A stretch of 64,000 nt of DNA from the NCBI GenBank assembly GCA_001001115.1, contig LCIO01000001.1, positions 6,426-70,425 of the forward strand, written 5' to 3'. The notes beneath the pieces were generated by a model that was not told the DNA's origin, searched no databases, and was given only the letters and a program-made list of their open reading frames with translations. The DNA is from Candidatus Wolfebacteria bacterium GW2011_GWA1_44_24. Lineage in GTDB: Bacteria > Patescibacteriota > Minisyncoccia > UBA6257 > UBA9933. Positions 1 through 9,765 of the stretch are shown here, one piece after another (within the stretch, counting starts at the first letter, position 1; every line of letters starts with the position of its first letter). The position numbers and the translations under genes are program-made.

Positions 1-125
1 TTTTTATAATTCTGCTGATTATTTTAATCGGCACCTTGAGTTTCGGGCTTGGTTATTTAACGAATCGCGAATTAAGTAAAAATAACCGCGCGCCGATTAT
101 TATTGAAAAATGCATCGATTTTTAA
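1..125 (+). CDS. 3' part of small membrane protein (partial, 5' end outside window)
   Basis: Frame from nt 3 reads FIILLIILIGTLSFGLGYLTNRELSKNNRAPIIIEKCIDF* with TAA at 123-125; one hydrophobic helix; not in ORF track. Confidence 0.6.
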   Translation, partial: FIILLIILIGTLSFGLGYLTNRELSKNNRAPIIIEKCIDF

Positions 126-136
126 AAGGTGATTTT

Positions 137-913
137 CTAGAAATACCCAGCTTGCTTCAACCAATAATCATTTTCCCATTCCCAAAGTTTTTTCGCTCCC
201 AAAAACGCCTTGAAATCTTCCTGCCAATAGGGAAATTCCTTTAGTTCAACATTTCCTTTGAGTTCGCTCCATTGATGTTCGCAGTTTTTAGCGGATTCGC
301 TGTAGCCACTGTTTTTATTCCAGGGCAATTTTATTTTTTCCCGGCCGCCCTTGGAACGCAAAGTCGCGCCGCATTTCTGGCAGGTTTTAATTTGGTCAAT
401 CCTTAAAATCCAGCGGGTTTGAATATTCGGAAATTCTTTTTCCAGAGCCGCCGCATAAGCCGAAGTCTGGAGATTGTAATCGCGGTAAATAGCTTGAGAA
501 GTTTTAATGTCCAAAACGCCGAATTTGCCGTCAATCAAAGCCAAAGCGTCCAAAGTGCCGGCGTATTTTTCGTCATAATTAACAACCTGCTTTTCTATCC
601 AGTCGTGGTCGGCTTGGATATTTTTTTCTTCGATAAATTCCAAAAATGCGTTAATTGAAGGAGCGATTGACGGTTCAATAACGGGGGATTGTCCCATTAA
701 AATTTTTTCAACAGTTTCGTGAATCAATGTGCCTTCGCCAGCCGATTGTTTTTTAATCGCTTCGCCTTCCGCAAAATTATTCAATTCCGCATAAAATTTA
801 TAGAGCGCCGGTTTGGCTTTAATTTCAATTATTTTAGTGACGCGCGGATACCAAGCGCCGTCAATTTCATAACCGGCCATTCCTTTGAAATGTTCAAGGG
901 TGGAATAAAACAT
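137..913 (-). CDS. PD-(D/E)XK nuclease (RecB/Cas4/phage exonuclease-like) with C-terminal Cys cluster
   Basis: Motifs GTLIH, E..V, YAGTLD, LDIKT, YNLQ..AY; CQKC...CEH. Confidence 0.75.
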   Translation of the reverse strand: MFYSTLEHFKGMAGYEIDGAWYPRVTKIIEIKAKPALYKFYAELNNFAEGEAIKKQSAGEGTLIHETVEKILMGQSPVIEPSIAPSINAFLEFIEEKNIQADHDWIEKQVVNYDEKYAGTLDALALIDGKFGVLDIKTSQAIYRDYNLQTSAYAAALEKEFPNIQTRWILRIDQIKTCQKCGATLRSKGGREKIKLPWNKNSGYSESAKNCEHQWSELKGNVELKEFPYWQEDFKAFLGAKKLWEWENDYWLKQAGYF

Positions 914-919
914 TGAAAT

Positions 920-2347
920 TTATTTTATCAGATCATCGGTTAGCTTGTAAATATCGCCAGCGCCCATCATTACAATAATCCCATTTTTAGGTGAATCTGT
1001 TATCAAAGAATTGATTGTTGTTTTTAGGTCTTTAACGAGGCTTTTAGAATAATTGATAGGGAAAACCCCGTTTGGGGTCAAATAGCCCCTAAAAGGCCGT
1101 TTTTTAGCGTTTTTAGCATGTTTTAGATGAGTTTTTATGCTTATAGCAAGTTTTTTCGAAAGTGAAGGAGATTTTGAGATAGCATTTTTTGCGTTGTTTT
1201 GCGACACTTTTTCGCGGCCTTTTACTTTATAAATATCCAAAAGAATCAAATTGTCGGCATCGTCAAAACTTTTAATAAAATCAACAAATAAGGCTTTGAG
1301 CCGTTCTTCCTGGTGGGGTTGGAAAACACAGATGATTTTTGAGCGGGGATATTTTTGCCGAAAAGCCGATAAAGTGGCTTTAATCTCCGTGGGGTGATGG
1401 GCGTAGTCGTCATATACGTCAATTTTCAATTTACAATTTTTAATTTTCAATTGGCCGCGATGTTCCATTCTTCGCCAAGCGCCGCGATATTTGCTCAAAG
1501 CGTTAAAAATTATTTTGTCTTTGATGTCCAATGTTTTTGACAAAGTATAAACCGCTGAAGCGTTGGAAATATTATGTTCGCCGGGAATTTGAATTATTTT
1601 TTTGATTTTTTCATTTTTACCGTACCAATAAGCTTTTAAATCATTTTCGCGCGTGATTTTTTTAATTTTATTTTTCAGACTCAATATTTTTTTGTCTTCT
1701 TTATTGAGAATCAAAATCCCTCCGGGCAGGACATTTTTTATGAATTTCAAAAAAACGTTTTTGATAACGGTTAGATTTTTATAATAGTCCAAGTGTTCGC
1801 GGTCGATATTGGTGATAACGGCGGCGAACGGGGAATAATTCAAAAATGATTTATGGTATTCGTCGGCTTCCAGAACCAGATATCGGCTTTTGCCGTTTCT
1901 GAAATTGTTGTCGCCAAATTCTTTCAGTTTCGTTCCGATAATAACCGTTGGGTCAAAACCGGCTTTGATTAAAACCAAAGACAGCAAAGCCGTGGTAGTG
2001 CTCTTGCCGTGAGCTCCGGAAACGGCAATGGTTTTATATTTTTTAGACAGTTCGCCGAGCGCTTCGGAATATAATTTGACGGGCGCGCCCGATTCCCGGG
2101 CTTTTATGAGCTCCGGGTTGTTTTTTGGAATAGCGGCGCTATGAATAACCAAATCAACTGATTCAGGAAGATTGCGGGAACGATGGCCGATAAAAATCTT
2201 CACACCTTCTTTTTTCAGAGAATTGGTAATCTCGGAAGAAGAAATGTCCGAACCGCTTACTTGATGGCCGGAATTCAAAAACCAGCGGGCTAAAGCGCTG
2301 GTTCCGATGCCACCGATGCCGATAAAGTGAACCTTTGGCTTATTCAT
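920..2347 (-). CDS. murC: UDP-N-acetylmuramate--L-alanine ligase
   Basis: HFIGIGGIG, GAHGKSTTT, EADE, DDYAHHPTE, FQPH, MGAGD motifs. Confidence 0.95.
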   Translation of the reverse strand: MNKPKVHFIGIGGIGTSALARWFLNSGHQVSGSDISSSEITNSLKKEGVKIFIGHRSRNLPESVDLVIHSAAIPKNNPELIKARESGAPVKLYSEALGELSKKYKTIAVSGAHGKSTTTALLSLVLIKAGFDPTVIIGTKLKEFGDNNFRNGKSRYLVLEADEYHKSFLNYSPFAAVITNIDREHLDYYKNLTVIKNVFLKFIKNVLPGGILILNKEDKKILSLKNKIKKITRENDLKAYWYGKNEKIKKIIQIPGEHNISNASAVYTLSKTLDIKDKIIFNALSKYRGAWRRMEHRGQLKIKNCKLKIDVYDDYAHHPTEIKATLSAFRQKYPRSKIICVFQPHQEERLKALFVDFIKSFDDADNLILLDIYKVKGREKVSQNNAKNAISKSPSLSKKLAISIKTHLKHAKNAKKRPFRGYLTPNGVFPINYSKSLVKDLKTTINSLITDSPKNGIIVMMGAGDIYKLTDDLIK

Positions 2348-2432
2348 TAAATATAATATATATTACTGTCGTAAAAGCTTTCTTTCGCGACAGATGAGAA
2401 AATTTTCCCCGGCATTATTCAAGTGATAATTT

Positions 2433-2612
2433 CTATAAATAACTTAATATCAATTTAACCAAATCAATCGTAAATTGCAGGATGACGACGAATATTCCGC
2501 TGAAAATTTTCCAAAATCCCCATCCCAATTTTTCAAATAAAATCGCCAGCTTATTGATCAGCAAAATGGTTAAATTGAACAGCTCTTTTAATTGCGGGAA
2601 AAAATTTTCCAT
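2433..2612 (-). CDS. 59-aa small hydrophobic protein (not in ORF track)
   Basis: ATG at 2612 to TAG at 2433: MENFFPQLKELFNLTILLINKLAILFEKLGWGFWKIFSGIFVVILQFTIDLVKLILSYL; co-oriented, starts 15 nt after the gltX stop. Confidence 0.65.
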   Translation of the reverse strand: MENFFPQLKELFNLTILLINKLAILFEKLGWGFWKIFSGIFVVILQFTIDLVKLILSYL

Positions 2613-2627
2613 TTTATATTGTTATAT

Positions 2628-4082
2628 TTATGAGAGTTTCGTAATGGCTGTATCCAACCGTTTTAAAGTTTCTTGTTCGCCCAATATTTCCATAATTTCA
2701 AAAGGTCCGGGCGATGCTCTTTTGCCGCTCAGGGCCGCTCTTAACGGCCACAGTAGCTCTCCTCTGCCCCAGACTTCGGTCAACGGCATAATAATTTTTT
2801 CAAGGTTATCTTTATTAAAATTCATTCCGTCAATATTTTCAAGCTCTGTTCTTAATAATTTCAGGTTAGCGGCGATTTTTTCGTTTTCCATTTCCTGCCA
2901 TTTCAAAATACTCGGTTCGTAATCGGGCAATTCAAAAAAGAAGTCCGCCAATTCTTTGAAGTCGGCCAATGTTTTCATTCTTTCTTTTTCCGCTTCAATT
3001 GTTTTAACAAGCAAGTCTTTTTTAGTTTGCCAATTTTCCGGAATGAAATCTTTGATTTTTTCCGCTAATTCCACTGAATCGGTTTTCTTGATGTATTGGG
3101 CGTTGAGCCATTCCAGTTTTTCAATATTAAAAATCGCGCCGGCTTTTTGGATTTTTTTCAAATTAAATTTTTGGATTAATTCCTGGAGATTTAAAATTTC
3201 TTGGTCATCTTCCGGATGCCAACCGAGCAAAGCCAAAAAATTGACAATTGTTTCCGGCAGATAACCATTCAGTCGATAATCGTTCAGCGATGTTTCAAGA
3301 TAGCGTTTTGACAATTTGGAACGGTCCGGCGCCAGAATTAAAGGCAAATGGGCGTATTTTATTTCGTTAAAATTAAACGCTTCTTGGATTAAAATCTGTT
3401 TAGGCGTGTTGGGCAGATGGTCTTCGCCGCGGATAATATGGGTGATTTTCATCTCGAAATCGTCAATCGGAGTCGCAAAATTATAAAGCGGCTCCCTTAA
3501 ATTTTTGGCGATTACTATATCGCCGATCAAAGAAGCGTCGAATTTTATTTTTCCGCGGATTAAATCGTTGAATTCCACTTCTTTCGGCGGCGTTTTGAAA
3601 CGGATGACTGAAGAATCCCCTCTTTCAATTTGCTTCCCGCTTTCTTCTTTCGACAAATTCCGGCATTTACCGCTGTATTTTGGCGACAATCCCTGGCTAA
3701 GCATCGCTTTTCTTTCTTCTTCCAATTCTTCTTTTGAGCAAAAACAATAATAGGCTTTGTTTTCGTCAAGCAATCGGCGCAGGTATTTTTCATAAATATC
3801 AAGCCGTTCCGATTGCCGGTAAGGTCCGTAAGAACCGCCGATATCAGGTCCTTCATCCCAATTCAATTCAAGCCACTTTAATCCTGCGATTATATTTTGC
3901 TCATATTCCGGCTTTGAGCGTTCGGTGTCGGTGTCATCAACGCGTAAAATAAATCGGCCGTTATGCTGTTTGGCAAAAAGCCAGTTGAAAAGCGTTGTTC
4001 GGGCGCTGCCAATATGCAATGGCCCGGTCGGTGAAGGAGCAAAACGGATTCGAATCGGTTTTTTAGAACCGTCGGCGATCAT
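2628..4082 (-). CDS. gltX: glutamate--tRNA ligase
   Basis: RFAPSPTG, HIGS, KLSKR class I motifs; CFC Zn region. Confidence 0.95.
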   Translation of the reverse strand: MIADGSKKPIRIRFAPSPTGPLHIGSARTTLFNWLFAKQHNGRFILRVDDTDTERSKPEYEQNIIAGLKWLELNWDEGPDIGGSYGPYRQSERLDIYEKYLRRLLDENKAYYCFCSKEELEEERKAMLSQGLSPKYSGKCRNLSKEESGKQIERGDSSVIRFKTPPKEVEFNDLIRGKIKFDASLIGDIVIAKNLREPLYNFATPIDDFEMKITHIIRGEDHLPNTPKQILIQEAFNFNEIKYAHLPLILAPDRSKLSKRYLETSLNDYRLNGYLPETIVNFLALLGWHPEDDQEILNLQELIQKFNLKKIQKAGAIFNIEKLEWLNAQYIKKTDSVELAEKIKDFIPENWQTKKDLLVKTIEAEKERMKTLADFKELADFFFELPDYEPSILKWQEMENEKIAANLKLLRTELENIDGMNFNKDNLEKIIMPLTEVWGRGELLWPLRAALSGKRASPGPFEIMEILGEQETLKRLDTAITKLS

Positions 4083-4088
4083 TAAATT

Positions 4089-4097
4089 ATTTTACCA
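4089..4097 (-). promoter_or_regulatory. extended -10 promoter (TGgTAAAAT) 6 nt upstream of gltX ATG; leaderless-type
   Basis: Minus strand reads TGGTAAAATAATTTA-ATG. Confidence 0.55.
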
Positions 4098-4102
4098 CGA
4101 AA

Positions 4103-5239
4103 TTAGCGAGACACCAAGCTTATTATTTCTTCGGCAATTATTTTTGCCGCTTCCGGCTTAGAGAATCTTTTGGCGGCTTCGGACATTGATTTTGAAATTT
4201 CCGGCTGGCTCAGTATTTTTTTAATTTGAGTTAAAAAAATTGTCGGATGGAGATTTTCTTCTTCAATGACAATGGCGGCGCCAGTTTTGGCATATTCGTA
4301 AGCATTTTTAGATTGATGATTATTAGCCGATTCTTTGAGAGGAATTAGAATGCTTGGCTTGCCGAACGCCGCGATTTCAAAAATCGAACCGCTGCCGGCG
4401 CGAGAAACAATCAAATCAGCGGCCGCAAAAACATCTTTAAGGTTCTTTCCAAAATAAGGAGTGATTTTATAATTTGATTTTGTCTCGGGCGCGGAGTTTT
4501 TAAAAACGAGAGTCAATTCGTTTCCGGCATCTTCAAAATTTTTCGCGCCGGTTTGGTGCAAAATTTGCCAATCCTTCGCCATTTCTTCGGCGATTTCCAT
4601 CATAAAATCGTTGATTTTAACCGCTCCCTGGGAACCGCCGATTATAACAATCAATGGTTTTTCCGGATTAAATCCCAGAACTTTTTTGGCCGTCCCCTGT
4701 TCCAAAACGTCCGATAAAAGCGATTGGCGAACGGGGTTTCCGGCTAAAATGATTTTGGCGCGCGAATTTTCCGGAAAAAATTTTTCGGTCGATTTGAAAG
4801 AAGTTATTATTTTGTCGGCATAACGCTGGGAAAATAAAGTGGTCAGTCCGGGGATTGAATCCGATTCGTGAATGATTACGGGAATGCGGTAAAATCTTGA
4901 CGTCAAAACAATTGCCAGAGAGCCGGGCCCGCCCTTGGAAAACAAAACATCGGGCATAAACCAAAAAATTTTCAAGAGCGCCTGGAAAATACTGATTAAA
5001 AAAAGCGGAATGTCTAAAAAATTTCTGATGTCAAAATAGCGCCGCCATTTAGCGGAAAAAATTTTTGAAACTAAAACGCCGTTTTCATTAAGCAAAAGCC
5101 GATATGTTTCCGGAGCGCCGAAATAACGCAAATCCAGATTAATTTTTTTTTGAACAGCCGAAGATTGTAATTCTTCCGTTACCGCCAGAATCGGATAAAT
5201 ATGGCCGCCGGTGCCGCCGCCGGTGAATAAAATTCTCAT
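4103..5239 (-). CDS. murG: undecaprenyldiphospho-muramoylpentapeptide beta-N-acetylglucosaminyltransferase
   Basis: GGGTGGH, HESD, GNPVR, GGSQGA, SRAGSG, HQ..NA. Confidence 0.95.
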   Translation of the reverse strand: MRILFTGGGTGGHIYPILAVTEELQSSAVQKKINLDLRYFGAPETYRLLLNENGVLVSKIFSAKWRRYFDIRNFLDIPLFLISIFQALLKIFWFMPDVLFSKGGPGSLAIVLTSRFYRIPVIIHESDSIPGLTTLFSQRYADKIITSFKSTEKFFPENSRAKIILAGNPVRQSLLSDVLEQGTAKKVLGFNPEKPLIVIIGGSQGAVKINDFMMEIAEEMAKDWQILHQTGAKNFEDAGNELTLVFKNSAPETKSNYKITPYFGKNLKDVFAAADLIVSRAGSGSIFEIAAFGKPSILIPLKESANNHQSKNAYEYAKTGAAIVIEEENLHPTIFLTQIKKILSQPEISKSMSEAAKRFSKPEAAKIIAEEIISLVSR

Positions 5240-6339
5240 TTATTTTTGGATATATTAGCAATAATTCCGGTCATCGTCAAAAAAACCGCGAGCGATGTGC
5301 CTCCGTAGCTGACAAACGGCAAAGGCACGCCGGTTAGAGGAATTATTCCCGAATTGGCCGCGATATGAACGAAAACTTGAAGAGCAATAACAGACGTCAG
5401 GCCGATAGCGGTTAATTTGGCAAATTGGTTTGAAGAATATTTGGCAATTGAAAACCCCCTTATAAATAAAACAATGAAAGTCGCCAGCAAGAACAAAGAG
5501 CCGATAAATCCCAATTCTTCGGCAATAACGGCGAAAATGGAATCGCCGATAGATTCCGGCAGATATTTGTATTTAATTGTAGATTTGCCGAATCCTCGCC
5601 CCAATAGTCCTCCCCCGCCAATGGCGGTAAGCGATTGAGTAAGCTGATAACCGGTGGTTTGATCTTTTTCTTCAGACAAATAAGTCATTATTCTTTGATA
5701 ACGATACGGAGTTAAATAAATAATCGAAGTTATGGCTAAAATTCCAATAAACGCAACGCCGGCGATATAAAGCATTTTGACGCCGCTTAAAAAATAAATA
5801 ATGAAAGCAGCAGACAGAATAATCGCAATAGTGGTGGTTGCCGGCTGTTTAAAGACCAAAAAAGCCACAAAACCGGAGATAATCAGAAACGGCAAAAAAC
5901 CTCCCAGGAAACTTGACTGGCGTTTGGCGGCCCTGTTGCTTAGCCAGGCCGATAAATAAACAATGAAAGAAATTTTCAAAAGTTCAGCGGGCTGGAATGA
6001 TATCGGCCCAAAATTCAACCAGCGGCTTGAACCTTTGTGAGAAGTGCCAAGAGAAGTGAAAACCAAAATAAGGAATATGATGTTAATAATTAAAAGCGGA
6101 ACGGCGATTTTTTTGAGATTTTTATAATGAAAATAATAAGCGAACAGAAAACCGGCGACACCCAAACTCAAACCGAAAAATATCTGGTGTTTGAGATAAA
6201 AATAAGTGTCGTTAAATTTGATTTTCCCCAAATCGGAAGAAGCGCTTGAGAGTATCACTAAGCCGAAAATTGTCAGCAAAATAACGCAGGAGAGAAAAAT
6301 ATAATCGGGGTGGCTGGTTTTTTTGAATATTTTAAACAT
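5236..6339 (-). CDS. ftsW: SEDS peptidoglycan glycosyltransferase FtsW
   Basis: SRWL, FQPAELLK, EELG, LPFVSYGGTS; directly upstream of murG. Confidence 0.9.
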   Translation of the reverse strand: MFKIFKKTSHPDYIFLSCVILLTIFGLVILSSASSDLGKIKFNDTYFYLKHQIFFGLSLGVAGFLFAYYFHYKNLKKIAVPLLIINIIFLILVFTSLGTSHKGSSRWLNFGPISFQPAELLKISFIVYLSAWLSNRAAKRQSSFLGGFLPFLIISGFVAFLVFKQPATTTIAIILSAAFIIYFLSGVKMLYIAGVAFIGILAITSIIYLTPYRYQRIMTYLSEEKDQTTGYQLTQSLTAIGGGGLLGRGFGKSTIKYKYLPESIGDSIFAVIAEELGFIGSLFLLATFIVLFIRGFSIAKYSSNQFAKLTAIGLTSVIALQVFVHIAANSGIIPLTGVPLPFVSYGGTSLAVFLTMTGIIANISKNK

Positions 6340-6347
6340 TTGATAAA

Positions 6348-7814
6348 TTATAAAATTTTCCCCGCAAGCTCATTTTGAAATTTCCCCCTTTTGACCGCTC
6401 TTTTGCCGTTAACGAGAACTTCTTGGATTTCGGCGTCTTTGAAAATCACCAAATCGGCAAAATAGCCCTCTTTTATCTCCCCTCTTCTATCAAGACCAAG
6501 TATTTTACTGGGGAGGCGCGTTAATTTTTTTATAGCTGTTTCAATCGGCAAAATTTTTTCTTTTTCGGCCAATTTAAGAAATTTTTGAAAACTTTTGCAG
6601 GAATCAACTTTGGCGGTCGCTGAAGAGGCGATGAGCGTTTGTTCGCGCGTCAATGTTTCAGTCGCGGTTTTCAAATCAATATCTTTAAAAGAAATTTCAG
6701 CTTTTAATTTCGTGATTTTCATCAATTCCAAGAGCCCTTCTTTGTCGTCAAGATTTCTGTTCAGGGAAAATTCTCTTAATGATTGGCCGATTAAAATGGG
6801 TTGAATGGGAGCGTTGATAATAATCATTTTTTTTGCCTGAAACAAAGGAAAAGATTTTATGATTTTTTTCTTTAGGTCGGCGTTATTGATGTTTTCAAGC
6901 GTCAATTTTTGGTTTGCTTCTTTCATCCAATCCGGCAAATAAGTGCTGATAACATCAATATTTTCTTCGCAAGGGAAAAGATTAAAATAAATGTCGCTCG
7001 AAGCGGAATTTTCCTCAATTAGTTTAACGGCTTGATTATATTCTTTTTCAAGGCCGTTAAATGGCAGAAAATCGTTGATTAAAATCCGGCTGCCGGTTTC
7101 CCGGGCCAAATAAACAAGTTTTTTAACAGAATCTGGTAATTCCTTTTTTTTGTCTTTCAAGTCAACGGTAAAAATTTTTTTGTTTTTTGCCGCTAATTCA
7201 GCTGTTTTTTTCAATTCAAAATAAGAAATTTGAGAAATCAAAGAATCGTTAAGATTAATTGAAATTCCAAGGGCGCCTTCTTGAAGAGCGGATTTTAAAA
7301 TTAAACTCAGAACTTTTGATTCATTCGGCGTTAAATTTCGCGCCGTTGGTTCACCGAGCAAGGCGCGGTGGGCGGTATTATATCCGGCCAAAGAACCGAA
7401 GTTAATTCCCAACGGCCTTTTTTTTATAACATTTAAAAATTCTCCAAAAGAATGCCAATCAACATTGATTTTTTTCGTATCGGCAAAGGAGCGGATTGAC
7501 TGAAGCGAACCGTACAGAAGCGGCGCCAGCGAAATTCCTCCTTGGCCGCCGATAATTGCGGTAACGCCTTGAAGCAAGAATTTTTTTTGAGACGGCTCGG
7601 AAAAAATATCAAGATAACGGTCGGCGCGATTATTAACGTCAATAAAACCGGGCGCGAGATATCTTCCCATGCCGTCGATTGTTTCATCGGCCTGATAATT
7701 TATAGCCGAATCAATCGCGGAAATTATATTATTTTTAACCAAAACATCCGATTTGAACGCCGGTCGGCCCGTGCCGTCAAGAAGCTGGACATTTTTTATC
7801 AAAACAGTCGCCAT
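6348..7814 (-). CDS. N-acyl-D-amino-acid deacylase-like amidohydrolase, metal-binding motif degenerate
   Basis: DGTG, APGFID, QGVT, RG.IKEGYFADLVIF, VLVNG; the HxH motif reads NNR. Confidence 0.75.
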   Translation of the reverse strand: MATVLIKNVQLLDGTGRPAFKSDVLVKNNIISAIDSAINYQADETIDGMGRYLAPGFIDVNNRADRYLDIFSEPSQKKFLLQGVTAIIGGQGGISLAPLLYGSLQSIRSFADTKKINVDWHSFGEFLNVIKKRPLGINFGSLAGYNTAHRALLGEPTARNLTPNESKVLSLILKSALQEGALGISINLNDSLISQISYFELKKTAELAAKNKKIFTVDLKDKKKELPDSVKKLVYLARETGSRILINDFLPFNGLEKEYNQAVKLIEENSASSDIYFNLFPCEENIDVISTYLPDWMKEANQKLTLENINNADLKKKIIKSFPLFQAKKMIIINAPIQPILIGQSLREFSLNRNLDDKEGLLELMKITKLKAEISFKDIDLKTATETLTREQTLIASSATAKVDSCKSFQKFLKLAEKEKILPIETAIKKLTRLPSKILGLDRRGEIKEGYFADLVIFKDAEIQEVLVNGKRAVKRGKFQNELAGKIL

Positions 7815-7828
7815 ATATAAATTAAGAA

Positions 7829-8866
7829 CTATAAAAATTTACTTAAAAAGAACAATACTATTCCAAGGCCGGCAAAAACCGCGGAAATTATCCAAAAACG
7901 CATCGTGATTTGAGACTCGGGCCAGCCAATGGCTTCAAAGTGATGATGGATAGGCGCGCTTAAAAAGATTTTTCGGCCGAAGATTTTTTTACTGATTAAT
8001 TGAATAATAACCGACAGAGATTCAATAATCAGAATAACGGCGAAAAACGGCAGGAAGAAAGCGGTATTGGTCAACATGGCAATAACGCCCAAAGTGATGC
8101 CTAAAGCCATTGAACCCGTATCGCCCATGAAAAATTTTGCCGGATAAATATTATGCCAAAGAAACGCCAGCAGACTGCCGATAATCACTCCGCTGAAAGC
8201 CGCCAAATCATAACGGCCCAGGGTAAAAGCCACCACGCCCAAAGCGCCGAAAGCAAAAAGCGAAACTCCTCCGAGCAAGCCGTCCAAGCCGTCGGTTTCA
8301 TTTGCCGAAAAAGCCGTGGCGATAATCACAAACATAAAAAAAGGAAAATACCACCAGCCGATTTCAATATTACCGATGAACGGTATAAAAAGAGTCGTCC
8401 AGTCAAGTTTGAAATAAAACCACCAGGCGCCCACTAAGGCAATTAAGGTAAAAATAATCAGTTTGTGGCGGACTTTCAATCCTCCTCCCTTAACGCCGAT
8501 TTTTAAGACCCCCAAAATATCGTCAGCCAACCCTATCAAAGCCGCAAAAAATATGGCGGCTAAGGGTAAATAAGTTTGAGACCGATTGGTGAAATCCAGG
8601 TAATTCCAAAAGCCGTCAAAAAAAACATTCAAAATAAAAAAGATAAACGCCAAAACAAGAGTTGTCCCCCAAATGACTATTCCGCCCATTGTTGGCGTTC
8701 CTTCTTTGTGTTGATGAAGGTTTGTAAAAATCGGCGCGTCTTTCCTGATTTGTTTGCCGGCCTGATATTTAATCAGGATTTTTATCAGAAGAGGCGCGAG
8801 CGCCAGAGCCATTAAAAAAGCCAAGCCGCTCAATATTAAAACGCGAATTGCTTGAAGCGCTATCAT
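7829..8866 (-). CDS. mraY: phospho-N-acetylmuramoyl-pentapeptide transferase
   Basis: KEGTPTMGG, DD, N.TDGLDGL, FMGDTGS, APIHHHFE. Confidence 0.95.
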   Translation of the reverse strand: MIALQAIRVLILSGLAFLMALALAPLLIKILIKYQAGKQIRKDAPIFTNLHQHKEGTPTMGGIVIWGTTLVLAFIFFILNVFFDGFWNYLDFTNRSQTYLPLAAIFFAALIGLADDILGVLKIGVKGGGLKVRHKLIIFTLIALVGAWWFYFKLDWTTLFIPFIGNIEIGWWYFPFFMFVIIATAFSANETDGLDGLLGGVSLFAFGALGVVAFTLGRYDLAAFSGVIIGSLLAFLWHNIYPAKFFMGDTGSMALGITLGVIAMLTNTAFFLPFFAVILIIESLSVIIQLISKKIFGRKIFLSAPIHHHFEAIGWPESQITMRFWIISAVFAGLGIVLFFLSKFL

Positions 8867-9765
8867 TTATTTAAACAATTTAATATTTTCCTCGCTTCTT
8901 CAAAAGCATTTTCCGCTCCCAATATGATTATCGCAACCGGTTTATTGGATATTTTGAACACTGAAATCAAATTTCGGCCGGAAGTTTCAAGATAGCCGGT
9001 TTTGCCGCCTAAAAATTCCGGCTGGCCGGCAAATTCGTTTATATTAGCCAAACTTCTCGATTTTTTTGTTCTTAAATCGAAAATTTCCGTTTCTTTTTGC
9101 CGGCTGATTTCAAAAATCATCGGTTCGTTGCTATAAATATAACTTATCATTTTGAATAAGTCATCAGCGGTTGATTGAGTAAGATAAGAAAAACCGGAGG
9201 AATTAAAAAAAGCGGTTTCGGCCATTGCCAATTCCTGGGCTTTTTGGTTCATTAAGTCGACGAATTCTTCGTTGCCGAACGATTCCGACAAAGCTTCAGC
9301 CGCGTCGTTTGAAGAAACGAGAAGTATGGCTTTAAGCAAGTCGCCGGATTTGAAAATTTCTCCGGAGCGGAATCCGCCGGCTTCGCCGTAAGCGCTCGCC
9401 GCCCCGTCGCTTATTTTTATTTCTTTTTTCAAGCCGATTTTTTCAACGGTTATTATCGAAGTCATCAATTTCGTCAATGAAGCGATGGGCCAGTGATTTT
9501 TTGAATTGAATTCAAAAACAGTTGTTTGGTCGCTATCCAGATATTTTGCCAGCGCGGCTTTGGCGTTGATCGGGTCCGAACAAAAAAAATCGGTCAACGG
9601 AAAATCCATCGGTTTTAAAACGTTTGCCAGATATTCTTCGTTTTCTTGTTTTATCGACTGGACATTGATTGAGGCGTCAAAATTTGTTTGTTTGTTGGCG
9701 TCGACTTTAATAAAAAACAAAGAGATAAAAAGTATAAAAATCAGAAGCAAAGATTGAAATTTCAT
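8863..9765 (-). CDS. D-alanyl-D-alanine carboxypeptidase (peptidase S11)
   Basis: SxxK (ASLTK), SxN (SSN), KTG motifs; N-terminal signal/anchor. Confidence 0.9.
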   Translation of the reverse strand: MKFQSLLLIFILFISLFFIKVDANKQTNFDASINVQSIKQENEEYLANVLKPMDFPLTDFFCSDPINAKAALAKYLDSDQTTVFEFNSKNHWPIASLTKLMTSIITVEKIGLKKEIKISDGAASAYGEAGGFRSGEIFKSGDLLKAILLVSSNDAAEALSESFGNEEFVDLMNQKAQELAMAETAFFNSSGFSYLTQSTADDLFKMISYIYSNEPMIFEISRQKETEIFDLRTKKSRSLANINEFAGQPEFLGGKTGYLETSGRNLISVFKISNKPVAIIILGAENAFEEARKILNCLNK

